Shown one piece after another: positions 14,060 through 26,967 of a stretch of 64,000 nt of DNA; positions within the stretch are counted from its first letter, which is position 1; every line of letters starts with the position of its first letter. The notes under the pieces are model-generated. The model ran no database searches, was not told the DNA's origin, and saw only the letters and a list, made by a program, of their open reading frames with translations. Origin of the DNA: Octopus vulgaris (Eukaryota). The position numbers were made by a program, and so were the translations under genes. The DNA lies in assembly GCA_951406725.2 (NCBI GenBank), contig OX597815.1, forward strand, positions 16,740,001 through 16,804,000, read 5' to 3'.

Positions 14060-14253
14060 TTCAAAATGTGACCGCGTGTGTACCGTTGGCGATTTTTTTC
14101 ATCCGTCTTCCCTTCCTTGGATCTTTCCTTTTCCTATGTTTCTGACGAAGAGCTCCGCTCGAAACATTAAATCCCCCTTCTTTCTTTCCTTTCCTGAGCT
14201 TCCAATAACACTATACTTGTTCCACGTCCTCGCGTTGCTGTGTTTTCTCTTTG
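14060..14253 (+). mobile_element. Short Penelope-like/retrozyme-type element carrying a hammerhead motif
   Basis: Homologous to 20219-20432 (opposite strand); follows (TA)n; contains gttt-CTGACGA-a-gagc-tcc-gctc-GAAA-catt-aaat at 14138-14172. Confidence 0.7.
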
Positions 14254-14359
14254 CCTTTGCCTTTCAACCTTTCGGGGTCGATAAAAGAAGTATCAGTTGA
14301 CAACTGGGATCGAAGTAATGGTATACCCCTTTTCTCGAAATTACTGAAATGTCCGCTTA

Positions 14360-14610
14360 GGGCAGCGAGCTGGTAGGGTCGTTAGCGCACTGGGTAAAAT
14401 GCCTAGCGATATTTCGTCTGTCTTTACGTTGTGAGTTCAAATTCCGCCGTGGCCTATTTCGCCTTTCATCCTTTTGGGGCTGATATAATACCTATTTTTT
14501 AAAAATCTCGAAAGGATGAAAGGAAAGTCGACATTGGCGGGATTTGAACTCAGAACGTAATGACGGACGAAATGCCACAAAGTGCTGACGATTCTACCAC
14601 CCCATCGCTT
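14360..14610. mobile_element. Two truncated family-A SINE fragments in opposite orientation
   Basis: ggcagcgagctggtagggtcgttagc...gagttcaaattccgcc (+), then gaaaggatgaaaggaaagtcgac...gaactcagaacgta (-). Confidence 0.75.
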
Positions 14611-15679
14611 TAATCATAAATATAATAATAGTAGTGATTACCACTATAGGTAAATTCGCGTTCCTCGAATTTAGTCTTCAGTACTGAAATCATATAATTT
14701 CACTTTCAAAACTGCGTTGCCATTTGTAACTGCTTCTATTCAATGGCAGAACCACAGAATTTCAAATAATCAATTTGAAATTGTCTGCCTTATTTTAATT
14801 TATCCAATTTCAAACAGACCTTGACTCCTATAGCCAAAGGACTTATACAAAAAGGAGCAGAGTACACTTATGGCCGGACAAGTGGTATGGTGATGACGGT
14901 TAGTGAGCCAGAAACACGCGTCCACATCTTTCCTTTTATCTTCAGGCAATGAGTCCGTTCTTTTCTTTAATGGTTTCTCAACTTTTTAAATCTTGAGATT
15001 ATCGCCCCTTCTCAAGTTGAGAATTGCCATTTGGTAATTATAACAGATCCTTTAGAAGCAGAGATAATCTTTAAAAACAATCAAGAATTCATCTTGTATG
15101 GTATTTAATATGCCTGTATTCGTATACGCTGTTTAAATTCAAAGTAACGACCGCTCTAAGTTGTTTCTCTTAACTCATTTACGTTTAAATTATAGAAAAG
15201 TCCTACCTGAACCCAGCTGCTAGATTCTTTCTGTGGATAGATACTATTTTGAAGTAGAGGTCAGTAGGAGAGACTGGGATGCTTATTGAAGTTTAAAACT
15301 GGAGAGCTTATAGTAAAATGACCAAATTTGTTATTGTTTATCTGACTGAATAAATTTGTAATGAAAATCATTACAATCGCGATCATACCGCCTTTTTAAG
15401 GGTATCTAGGACTATAGTATTTAATGGTAGCTTGTAATTTGAAGGAGATTTAACTGCTGTTCCATTGTTGATCAAGAGATCATGTAGAACCTCACTCGTA
15501 GGCTCGGGGTCAACTTTATATCAAGCCACTGGTATCGATATAAGAGAAAGACCCATAATGTATTAGAGGAAGTTGGCATTCTTTCGATATGAGTCCCATT
15601 TACGTCACGTGTATTTGTTTACACTTGAAGGAGATTGTTACTTTCCGTAAAATTTTGATTTTTTTTATATATGTGGTGT

Positions 15680-15745
15680 TAGGATTAGGGTTAGGGGTGG
15701 GGGGAAGGGTATCTTTTTTCTTCAGAAAATGTAAATAAACCAACG
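15680..15745. mobile_element. Fragment related to the telomere-repeat MITE at 4833-5295
   Basis: taggattagggttaggggtgggggaagggtatcttttttcttcagaaaatgtaaataaa is a diverged reverse complement of ~5090-5150. Confidence 0.7.
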
Positions 15746-16802
15746 TGGGTTTATAAGTGATAGTTATGTTACTAGTAACGAATGATCGCCGAGGAAGTTC
15801 AATCATTTATACTCGTTCTTTACAAACTAGAGCGGCGTTTCTCACCGCGCAAAATACCTGCATTTTTCAGTGTATTGATTAAGAAAGTTTCCATAATATT
15901 TTGTAGAAATTATTTTATCAAAAATATGTGAGATTTCAAATGTGTTTTTTTAACACTAAATATAAAGAGAGAGTTTTTATTAATTTTGACAATTTGATGT
16001 TTGGGTTGATTCTTCTTGAAGTAAATAAAGTAAGTTGAAAATAATTTTCGAAAAAAACTAAGCAAAGAAACTATTTTTTTTTGGCAATGTTTACTTCAAT
16101 ATATATTCAATATTTTGTAGTTTTTACTTCAATATATTTTTATGCCATTTGATATTGCTATGAGTTGTCATTGCTGCATTTTAACCTGGCATGAGAATAT
16201 CAGTTCATGTAGTTTTTAATGTTTGGACAAAACAAGTATATTTTCGTAAAATGAATGCAAAACAGAATATTGGATTAAAAGGAAAAAAAAAAAAAAAAAA
16301 TTGAAAAAACTGAACTTAAAATTTTTCTCTCGAATCGAATTTCAATAAAACAGAATGCCTTTTCCTGAAATTTGAATGAATATAAACGGTACGTAAATCT
16401 TATAGCACCACACAAAGACAGAAGCAGTGGCAATTTTATCTTTATGTAGGATACTGAAGTAAAGTTAGTCCTTATCTTGGAAAAGTATGTTTTAAATGGC
16501 AATATTTGAAATAAATAATAGTTTATAATTGAAGTACAAGGCCGCTAATTTTGAGGAGAGGGGATTAGCCGATAACTATGACTCTAGTGCCTTGACTGGT
16601 ACTTTATTGTATCGACCCCCAAATGACAAAATCTACCTAGCGGGACTTGAACTCGTAATTTGAGCCGGACCACTTATCAAAAGAACACAGAAAAGCCACC
16701 TCTTTCCGACCTCTAACGATCCACCGCCCTCAAATTTGAAATAAATAATAAAATTGATATACACTTATATATACACATACGCACGCAAACGCACTCATAT
16801 AT

Positions 16803-17220
16803 ATTCGTGTTGGTTTTTATGTACAATTGTTTTTTATATTGTTTTTTTTTTATAAATAAAATTAATATTAATTGAATTTATTAGAGGAGCACTAAACAAC
16901 ATTGAATGAAATATATATTTATATAATCATATTTAGCATGTTCATGTACTCTTGAACATACTAAATATGACTTCCACCTCTTTCGATCTCTTTCAAATGC
17001 TATGCGCGGAGTTTCATTCAATACTGATACTGAATTGAGAGCTTGGTTGGATCAATTTTTCGAGGCGAAATCGGTTGATTTCTACCAACGAGGTATTGAA
17101 AATCTTGTTGAACGTTGGGAAGAAGTTGTAAACAACAAAGGTGAATACATTATTGATTAATTAGTTGTTATTTTTTTTTTTATTAAACCTTAAAAAAATT
17201 TAAATAAAAAAAAAACAGTT
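16803..17220 (+). mobile_element. Deleted mariner element retaining the transposase C-terminus
   Basis: 16966-17160 translates YDFHLFRSLSNAMRGVSFNTDTELRAWLDQFFEAKSVDFYQRGIENLVERWEEVVNNKGEYIID*; outer boundaries approximate. Confidence 0.85.
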
Positions 17221-17352
17221 TAATGAAACAGCATGGTCATCCAGTAAATGCATGCATCCAGTAAATGTATCCAGTATGCATGCGTGCGCACATACACACG
17301 CGCAGGCGCGAGTGTGTGCGCATCCTGTAAATGTCGATTATACATACATATA

Positions 17353-17580
17353 GGCGGCGAGCTGGCAGAAACGTTAGCACACCGGGCGAAATGCGTAGCC
17401 GTATTTCGTCTGTCGTTTCGTTCTGAGTTCAAATTCCGCCGAAGTCGACTTTGCCTTTCATCCTTTCGGGGTCGATAAATTAAGTACCAGTTACGCACTG
17501 GGGTCGATGTAATCGACTTAATCCGTTTGTCTGTCCTTGTTTGTCCTCTCGGTGTTTAGCCCTTGGGGTAGTAAAAAATA
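17353..17580 (+). mobile_element. SINE family A monomer (central domain resembles the Meta/Sauria-SINE domain)
   Basis: A-box TGGCAGAAACGTT, B-box GAGTTCAAATTCC, GTCGACTTTGCCTTTCATCCTTTCGGGGTCGATAAATTAAGTACCAG. Confidence 0.92.
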
Positions 17581-17581
17581 A

Positions 17582-17636
<55 letters not shown>

Positions 17637-17811
17637 TGCATACGCAATTTGGTAGTCATAAATTTAGTTGTAGTATGAGGAGAATGAGATGAAGAATTAC
17701 ACTATATTGGAAGTGAAACAGTAATTGTAGTTGAGAAGGAGCAAGTAGGTTTCTATAAACTTACCAAAGAATTCTTTTGAGAAGGGATCAGAAGAGTCAG
17801 ATGTAAATTAC

Positions 17812-18116
<305 letters not shown>

Positions 18117-19441
18117 CCCCGATGGTCAGGCGATCCATTTGCTGTCAACACCCGTTAAAAGGAGGGCTGGGCATGCCGTGGTTGATGATGCGCAGACACG
18201 CGCTGAGACTGCGGCATCTCTGGCTCTATGTAGACGACGGTGAACAGGTGTGGTCGCCGTTTGTGAGGCACGCTTTCCCGCAGCTCGTCTCCATGACCGA
18301 ACTGCAGTCGTGGATCAAAAAGAGGCCGAGGAAGGGCGAATGGCACCGCGAGTGTCGCGTTGCTCTCAAGCAACTCTGCCGTCCTGGGTCGACCTTAAGT
18401 GACTTCAACACAACCAAAGCATTCTATAGGGGTTTAGTGGAGGGGAGGTACGACGACGAGCTCGGGGCGAACCTGGACGTCGACGAGGAGTACCTGACCC
18501 GCCTGTTCAGGACGACCTTCGGGCCAGGGCCCATGGACAACTTCCAGAGATCCCTGGCCTGGCAGTGCTACCGAGAAGCGCTACCCGTTCGGGATAAGCT
18601 CTACAGACACGGCTCGAGAAACACGGGGCCGACCTGCCCGAGATGCGGTCAGAGCGACGAAACCGTTCTGCACGCACTCGTTCAGTGCCCAACAATTTCC
18701 GACCTGTGGGCTTATGTCGAACAACTGCTGTCACGTGTGGGACGAGTCGGTTTATCAGCTGAGTCTATCGTCAATATTGTCACGCCTCCTTCCTTCAAAC
18801 GGGAAGGAAGAGCTATTTTCATCATCCTTGTGGCTATGGCGAAAGAATGTATCTGGTGGACGCGTCTGAAAGGATTGGAGACAAACACTTTCCTCTCTGG
18901 TCAATCTCTCATCAACTTCTTCAAGTACCACTTGAAAAGGAAAGTGAGAGTAGAGAGGCAAGTTTTGTCTAGCGAATGTTTTAAAAAAAGATGGGTGAAT
19001 GTAGCAAGAATGGCACGTATGAATGACGAAGCCACCTTGAGCATAGTCCTATGAACCCAGAAATCGAAATTAATACAGAGAGTTGCTTATTTGCAAAAAA
19101 AAAAAAAAAAAAGAAATATAAAATGTGACTTCATTGACCGAGGTTACCGTGGTCTTTTCCGTAGGCTTTTCTTTCCACGGGTAAACCTCACCTGTCCTCC
19201 CCTTTACACTTCATATTGACATTTCTGTGATAACGATCCCTATTGATCAATTTTTTTTTTTTTTCCTCTCCCCCTTTTTTTTAACCTCCCTTTTTTTGTC
19301 CTCTTTCTCTCCTTTTACGATCCCTTTTGATCGAAACTCCCCCTTCCTTTTTTTTTTTTTTTTTTTAAACCTTCAAAAGAAAAGCTCTACCTTGTAATTT
19401 GTTCTATCTGTGTGCAGCCCTGTGTGGCTAATAAAGAAACA
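18117..19441 (+). mobile_element. 5'-truncated Tx1/L1-clade LINE inserted in a (TATC)n array
   Basis: C-terminal ORF2 with GGLG motif and zf-RVT-type CPRCGQSDETVLHALVQC; pyrimidine-rich 3' UTR ending AATAAAGAAAC. Confidence 0.88.
18122..19054 (+). CDS. LINE ORF2 C-terminal fragment (zf-RVT zinc knuckle), 310 aa uninterrupted
   Basis: HPLKGGLGMP..., W..Y..ALPVRDKL, CxxC...ETVLH.L..C, typical of L1/Tx1 ORF2; 5'-truncated, so not a functional gene. Confidence 0.8.
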   Translation: MVRRSICCQHPLKGGLGMPWLMMRRHALRLRHLWLYVDDGEQVWSPFVRHAFPQLVSMTELQSWIKKRPRKGEWHRECRVALKQLCRPGSTLSDFNTTKAFYRGLVEGRYDDELGANLDVDEEYLTRLFRTTFGPGPMDNFQRSLAWQCYREALPVRDKLYRHGSRNTGPTCPRCGQSDETVLHALVQCPTISDLWAYVEQLLSRVGRVGLSAESIVNIVTPPSFKREGRAIFIILVAMAKECIWWTRLKGLETNTFLSGQSLINFFKYHLKRKVRVERQVLSSECFKKRWVNVARMARMNDEATLSIVL

Positions 19442-19944
<503 letters not shown>

Positions 19945-20218
19945 AAAATGTGTGTATGTTTACATGCACGCATGCCTAATGATGGGTTGACTCAGTCCAA
20001 CATTCCTTAAAGCTTCGTGGACACAGAACACGTCTACAATATCAGGTCTACGGAATCAGAATGGTGATGATTTAAAAGAAGTCTTTTTTTTATATAAGAA
20101 ATATTAAATGCATTGAACGCTATTTTCTCTCCTTTATTTACCCACTGTGAATATACGAACATGCGCGCGCATTCATTCCCTTCTTCCCTTCTTTCGTATA
20201 TATATATATATATATATA

Positions 20219-20427
20219 GTTAATCCAAACATGAAAATACAAAGAGAAAACACAACAACGCGAGGACATGGAACAAATATAGTGTTATTGGACGCTCAGG
20301 AAAGGAAAGAAAGAAGGAGGGTTTAACGTTTCGAGCGGAGCTCTTCGTCAGAAACATACGAAAAGAAAAGATCCAAAGAAGAGAAGACGGAGGAAAAAAT
20401 CGTCAACGATACACACGCGGTCACATT

Positions 20428-20432
<5 letters not shown>
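20219..20432 (-). mobile_element. Short Penelope-like/retrozyme-type element in (TA)n
   Basis: Flanked by (TA)n on both sides; same family as 14060-14253. Confidence 0.75.
20321..20355 (-). ncRNA. Minimal type I hammerhead ribozyme motif
   Basis: Minus strand GUUU-CUGACGA-A-GAGC(UCC)GCUC-GAA-ACGU-U-AAAC: stem I GUUU/AAAC, stem II GAGC/GCUC, palindromic stem III ACGU, GUU cleavage triplet. Confidence 0.75.
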
Positions 20433-20478
<46 letters not shown>

Positions 20479-21019
20479 ACACACTCACACAGACACACAT
20501 ATATATATATATATATAATTGTTAAAGAGGACTACAAATGTTAAGTTAAAGCAAACATCCCAAGTCATATACATTATTATTATTGGAAAAAAATCAGGAT
20601 TTTAATCCACATGGATTTACGCAGGATTGCATCTAAGGACTTATGGACTTATTTCTACAAGATCGCTAAGTTGAACTGTGAATTTTCATGCTTCTTTTGT
20701 TTTCTCTTTCTTCATCTCCTTATTCTTTTACTCCTGTCCTTCATGTCGTCATTTCGTTAATCTATACCTTCTCATTTTCCCTATTTGTCTCCTATGACAG
20801 AATACCCCATACTCTGGGATATCCCAGAAACAGCTGTAAGATTTCGAATTTTGCTTCCAATAATAATAATAATGTATATGACTTGAGATGTCTGCCTTAC
20901 CTTAACGTTTTAACAATTTCATCAACTCCGCATTACGAAGGCAAGGACAGTACGCGACTTCATTGAAACAGCCCTTCCCGCAAAGAAAAATTAAATAACA
21001 TTTATATGTTCGATGCAAA

Positions 21020-21223
21020 TAAATGAACGATAAAAAATGAAATTAACAATAACAGACATGAGAACGTGTACAAGGTATGTATTAGTTTGACGTTCAGTAA
21101 AAAGAGAGAGGTTTTGACGTTTCGAGCATAGTACTTTGTTGGAAAGGAGAAAAGGAAAAGTTCAAAGAAGGAAAAAGAAAATCGCCAACAGCACATGTGT
21201 AGTTACATTACTGAAGTGACTGG

Positions 21224-21227
<4 letters not shown>
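21020..21227 (-). mobile_element. Older diverged relative of the hammerhead-bearing element
   Basis: Minus strand ttt-ccaacaaag-tactatgctc-GAAACGTC-aaaac (CUGAnGA box decayed); adjacent to (TA)n. Confidence 0.55.
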
Positions 21228-21294
<67 letters not shown>

Positions 21295-21818
21295 CATACA
21301 TAAATACACACATATATTTGTATTGCATATTATTCTAGTTAGGAGAAATGCTACCGTTTTATTTCTCAATTATTCTTTCTTCTCAACAATTCGCATTCTA
21401 AATTTCATTCAGGAGAAACACTGAACGTCTCGCTATAAAACCTTGTCTGAAGTCTTACGCGAATAAGAACAACTTCAATCTTTTTGACTACCAACCGTAT
21501 TTTCCTATGTAATTTGTCATTTAGCCTCTTCCACTTGATCCAGTTTCTTTTAGTAAATTAATAATTTCGAGGCCAGACACACGTGCGCCACCTTTGTATA
21601 CAACTAGACACTAAAAAATTCAGTATGTCATTAAAATTACAGCTACAATACAGTTTATTTCAGAACTCATTACTCATTCCTTGGAAATGTGAAAATGGAA
21701 TTATATATATATATATACATATCATGTGTGTGTGTGTGCTTGTGCATATGTATGTATGTATCTATGCATGAATGTTTGTATGTATGTATGTATGTATGTA
21801 TGTATGTATGTATGATTG

Positions 21819-21860
<42 letters not shown>

Positions 21861-21966
21861 ATATAAACTTCTTTAAGAATACCTAATTCTCAACCTTACA
21901 ATAAACGAAATTACCATCACACCCCACCACCGGCACCAGTAGGAGCAGCAGCAGCAGAAGCACCAG

Positions 21967-22040
<74 letters not shown>

Positions 22041-23787
22041 TCTATTGCATCAGTTCATCGGATTTTTATCGATATTAATTTTTTTCCATGTCTCCAGTCC
22101 GCGACCAATTTTTATTATTCAGTTAAGAGATCTTAATTTCTTTATGTCGACTTGAAAAAACAAAGTAAAAAAGCCGTCCCTTTTTTTATTTTATTAATCT
22201 TTTATTTATCTTTTCTTATGAATTTCTCGATTCTTTCAAACCGATTAAACTTTATATCATTGATATTGTTTAAAATTTATGTTATTTACTGGGTTTTAGC
22301 AACTACCGTAGCCGACCGAGTAAATATATCCGCTGAATGTAAGTTTAAAGGCCAAATTGTGTTTTTGAGTATCTACTCAGCAATATCCATAACATTCTAT
22401 GGTTTCGTCTTTCGTGGCAATAAAAATGACACAAAGAGATGTATCACTTTAAATATCTTACATCAATCCTACAAAAACTTTGGCGAGAAACACACCAATG
22501 GGGAATAAAGAATAACATTGACTAACAAGGGGGATCATTACGCAATTGCTAAACTAGATCACACACTCCGATTTGGATAAACCTCAGTTCACACTCTCCG
22601 TTCTTGAAAAAGGAAGGGCAGACTACTCTAGACAATGATGTTCAACAATGAAACTCATTTAAAGATTTAATGGGCTTTCAGTATATGATGTCGCTTATTT
22701 TCGCTCTGGCTTCAAAGGGTGTATCATAGTGCTTTGTTCAAGGAAATGCACGAAGAATTTGAAAAGCTTGCTATGAAAATCATTTATCAATGAAAGAATA
22801 GTCAAATAATTTTAAATCTCATATCGTTCTGCCCTAATTTAGCACTGGATCGAAAATTGTGAGTAGAAGCGCTCCAGGACCAACAATTATGAACCATTAA
22901 GACGTTATTATTGTCACCTAACCACATTCAAGCAATTGGAAAAGAAACAGACTAGTTCCAATAAATTATATATTGGACGGTCACTATTTGTTGAAACAAC
23001 TAAACCGATGTGTCGTACAATCGAAAATAAACGTGGTTCAATGGCGTACTTGATTCAAACAGAGAAGTGTCAATGGGAACGTCACCAAAATCAGATAACA
23101 ATTCGATGAATGGTTGTTGCAGGAAATCAATTTACAATCATCGTAGTTTTCCCGCATCAATCGCGATTAAAATGATTGCCACAACCGGTACAACAACACA
23201 GGTGTACAAGAGGTCGATGTGTTTCATTACTATATTAGCCATCATAAATCAGACGACGAAGGTAAGTAATTTATTGTACTAAATTATGGATAGAATTTTG
23301 TGCTATTCATCAATGGACACATGCTGTTGTACGAAATTCATTATATGTTATCTTTATTTTATATGTCAATCATTATAATTTATTATTGAATTAAAAATGG
23401 AAGTGAGCATTAAGGTAATCGGTAATTCACTTATTTTTGTCTTGGTTTTGTAGTTATTTACCTGATATTTTTGGCACAATTCGGTGAAAGGTGTGGTGTT
23501 ACATTTCGTATATATCATATGCACACACTTAAACAATATATATATAAATACATTACGTTGTCATATGTAACTCTGGCATAGTGATGCGATGCTAAATGAA
23601 TTACTTCCTCTCCACTGGATAACAACCATTATATACTCAGTAGAAAAATACGTGTTTCTTCGGTGGCAGTTTTAGTCAAGATGTGAGTAATGGATTGTGG
23701 AAGAATTACACTGATTCGAAACTCGACACATCATTACTATAGCTAATAACCATTTTGATAGTAAAATAGGAATTTTTGCTTATTTGT

Positions 23788-24019
23788 TATTTCTTTATTG
23801 CCCACAAGGAGCTAAACACAGAGGGGACAAACAAGGACAGACAAAGGGATTAAGTCGATTACATCGACCCAGTGCGTAACTGGTACTTAATTTATCGACC
23901 CCAAAAGGATGAAAGGCAAAGTCGACCTCGGCGGAATTTGAACTCAGAACGTAACGGCAGACGAAATACCGCAAAGTATTTCGCCCGGCGTGCTAACGTT
24001 TCTGCCAGCTCGCCACCTT
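23788..24019 (-). mobile_element. SINE family A with 16-bp TSD
   Basis: TSD atttttgcttatttgt at 23772-23787 and 24020-24035. Confidence 0.93.
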
Positions 24020-24089
24020 ATTTTTGCTTATTTGTGTTACTTTCAGCAATAAGCTATGAGCCTAATTTCAGGTTGATACACTTTATAAA

Positions 24090-25315
24090 GCAAACACTAT
24101 ACTCAAGAAACTATCAAAGTGGACTCAGTTCCCTAGGTAGCGATGTGGGCTGTCATACAAAAGAAATTCAATCTAATGAGCTAATTGCTTCAGCATGAAA
24201 CACTAGAGCTTTCGTCACTTATTAAAGTTGTTGAACTCCTATTCGACTTCTTGATGTGGCAGCGGGATTTATTTGAAATTTTTGAAAAATTAAATCAAAT
24301 GAGAAAGAACTTACGAAATAATTTGACTAACAATATAGTACTGGAAAACAAACAAACAAATCAGTGATAGGAAAACTCTCAGATGTTGCTTTATGAGAAA
24401 AGAAATTAAGCTAGAGATCACCTATCGTAGATAAGTTGCACACAGGGCTTTGCTATCAGATTGAAGGATATAAAAATATTTATTAGTTACTAGCAGTATC
24501 GCCCGGCGTTGCTCGGGTTTGTAAGGGAAATAACTATATAGAGAGTTATAGCCAAAAATAGCAAAAAAATGCATTAAAAATGGAAAAAAAATGACGGTAA
24601 ATTTTTTTAAAATCGTTGACTCATCGTAGACATTTTTAGAGAGTTACGTCCCTTATATAATAGCGAAAAAATGCATTAAAATGGAAAAAAATGATGGTAA
24701 ATTTTTTTAAAAATCGTAGACTCATCGTAGACGCGCGCTAATACCCAGAAGGGCTCGATATGAATCACGACTATAAGATACCCGGTTTTGGTTAAACTGC
24801 ACCGCAAAATGTGGGAGTAGTTAGGAATCTAAATCGTAGGAGACAGACACACAACCTCTCTTTTATATATAAAGATTTGGTTTCCTGAACCAAGAATGAA
24901 TGATGATAACGTCAACAGTAACAGTAAAATTTCAGATTTAAATGATATCAAGCCTGAATGTGAGTCGGAAATTTTTCATTTAAGGAACTCTGTCGTTAAA
25001 TTTGATGAATTCAGGTTGTAGCATGACACAGTTACAAACTTCCAATATCTACATTAACTTCTTCAATCCCATATGTTGAAATAGTAATATGGATTTATTA
25101 GTGTTTAATGGTAATTGATGCGACTGGGGAGAGAAGTTTCTCTTGAGAAAAAAACATCTAAAGAAAATCTATACAAATCAAACAATGGTGCAAGAACTAC
25201 TAAACGTAATTGCTTTCATTGCAACCGAAAACAATGTTCTCGACTACTTAACATTTATTGATGTTTTTGGAGACATTTGTTTACGAGAAAATATCAAGAA
25301 AAACAATTGATATTT
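24090..25315 (+). pseudogene. Decayed hAT (ZMYM1/Tip100-like) transposase C-terminal half, interrupted by a Helitron
   Basis: AMWAVIQKKFNLMS*LLQHETLELSSLIKVVELLFDFL..., PIVDKLHTGL..YKNIY*L|FGFL across the insertion, then PYVEIVIWIY*CLMV..ATG-ERSFS...TMVQELLNVIAFIATEN (hAT dimerisation domain); frameshifts and stops. Confidence 0.75.
24490..24875 (-). mobile_element. Non-autonomous Helitron
   Basis: Minus strand 5' TCTTTATATATAAAA...3' hairpin CCCGAGCAACGCCGGG plus CTAG; sits between host A and T with no TSD. Confidence 0.9.
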
Positions 25316-25585
25316 TAACTAATGTTAACCTTGTAAAATTTGTTTTTCAATTTTTTTTTTCAAACTTGAAAATGTTACTGGAAGTCTTACACTACCTATT
25401 TCATTATTACCCACAAGGGGCTAAACATAGAGGGGAAAAACATGGACAGACATAAGTTTCAGCAGATAATTGAAATATTCAAAGGAAAGAGATGTAATTA
25501 AATTGAGATTTGGCTGCTATTTCTAGCAGGTTGGACAGCAAAGTAGTGTCACTGTCACCAGTTCGTCAGTACACTTGTCAATATA

Positions 25586-25814
25586 TTTCTTTATTACCCA
25601 CAAGGGGCTAAACATAGAGGGGACAAACGAGGACAGACATAGGTATTAAGTCGATTACATCGACCCCAGTGCTTAACTGGTCCTTAATTTATTGACCCCG
25701 AAAGGATGAAAGGCAAAGTCGACCTCGGCGGAATTTGAACTCACAACGTAACGCAGACGAAATACCGCTAAGCATTTCGCCCGGCGTGCTAACGTTTCTG
25801 CCAGCTCGCCGCCT
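25586..25814 (-). mobile_element. SINE family A
   Basis: Full-length match to the family A consensus. Confidence 0.9.
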
Positions 25815-25920
25815 TTACAGTAGTCCAAGGACCTTCGAAATGTTAACCTATCTCTGATCGCTTTCCAATAAGTTTTACTCTTCTCATCTCCGATGTGGCC
25901 ACTATTTACAAATGTACAAG

Positions 25921-26150
25921 GCGGCGAGCTGGCAGACACGTTAGCGCGCCGGGCGAAATGCTTAGCGGTGTTTCGTCTGTCGTTACGTTCTGAGTTCAAA
26001 TTCCGCCGAGGTCGACTTTGCCTTTCATCCTTTCGGGGTCGATAAATAAAGTACCAGTTTCGCACTGGGGTCGATGTAATCGACTTAATCCCTTTGTCTG
26101 TCCTCGTTTGTCCCCTCTGTGTTTAGCCCCCTGTGGGCAATAAAAAAATA
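25921..26150 (+). mobile_element. SINE family A
   Basis: Full-length match; head-to-head with the previous copy. Confidence 0.9.
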
Positions 26151-26477
26151 TATTGACATGTGTGCTGACGAACTGGTGACAGTGCCACTACTTTGCTGTC
26201 CAACCTGCTAGAAATAGCAGCCAAATCTCAATTTAATTACACCTCTTTCCTTTGAATATTTCAATTATCTGCTGAAACTTATAGTTTAAAGTTACTGAAA
26301 GTCCATTCTAGCAATTATCATAAGAAACTGCTGATACTAATCATCATAGTAGGAAAAACGATAAACAAACATAAACTAAAAAAAAAGGCCTCAATGTGAT
26401 CAACCTACCAGCTAGAGATAACAGTCACATCTCATGCAAATCACACTCTACTGTTTAAAAAGTACGAAATATATACA

Positions 26478-26712
26478 TATTTGTTTACCCCCCACAAGGG
26501 GCTAAACACAGAGGGGACAAACAAGGACAGACATAGGTATTAAGTCGATTACATCGACCCCAGTGCGTAACTGGTACTTAATTTATCGACCCCGAAAGGA
26601 TGAAAGGCAAAGTCGACCTCGGCGGAATTTGAACTCACAACGTAACGGCAGACGAAATACCGCTAAGCATTTCGCCCGGAGTGCTAACGTTTCTGCCAGC
26701 TCGCCGCCTTTT
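26478..26712 (-). mobile_element. SINE family A with 15-bp TSD
   Basis: TSD tacgaaatatataca at 26463-26477 and 26713-26727. Confidence 0.92.
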
Positions 26713-26967
26713 TACGAAATATATACAGTGGATAATGTAATCGTAGATATCGCTGACTGAAATAAAGGCAAAGTGATGACGGGTTGAGCGTTTTTGTCGT
26801 AGGTGTGTTTGATTTGAATTGATCTAAAACAAGGCAACAGGAATAATAACATTAGAAATATATATTAAGGATGAATTACTAAATTTAATTCTAGCAGTTT
26901 TCTTTTGGGCAGTTACATGACCATTTAAAAAAATACACCTTAGCTACTTTTTATTTGGTTGATCTGA

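Noticed and set aside
14818-14990. Possible two-exon fragment (TLTPIAKGLIQKGAEYTYGRTS / GNESVLFFNGFSTF*)
   Set aside because: Short, weak donor, ~60-nt intron and no recognisable homology
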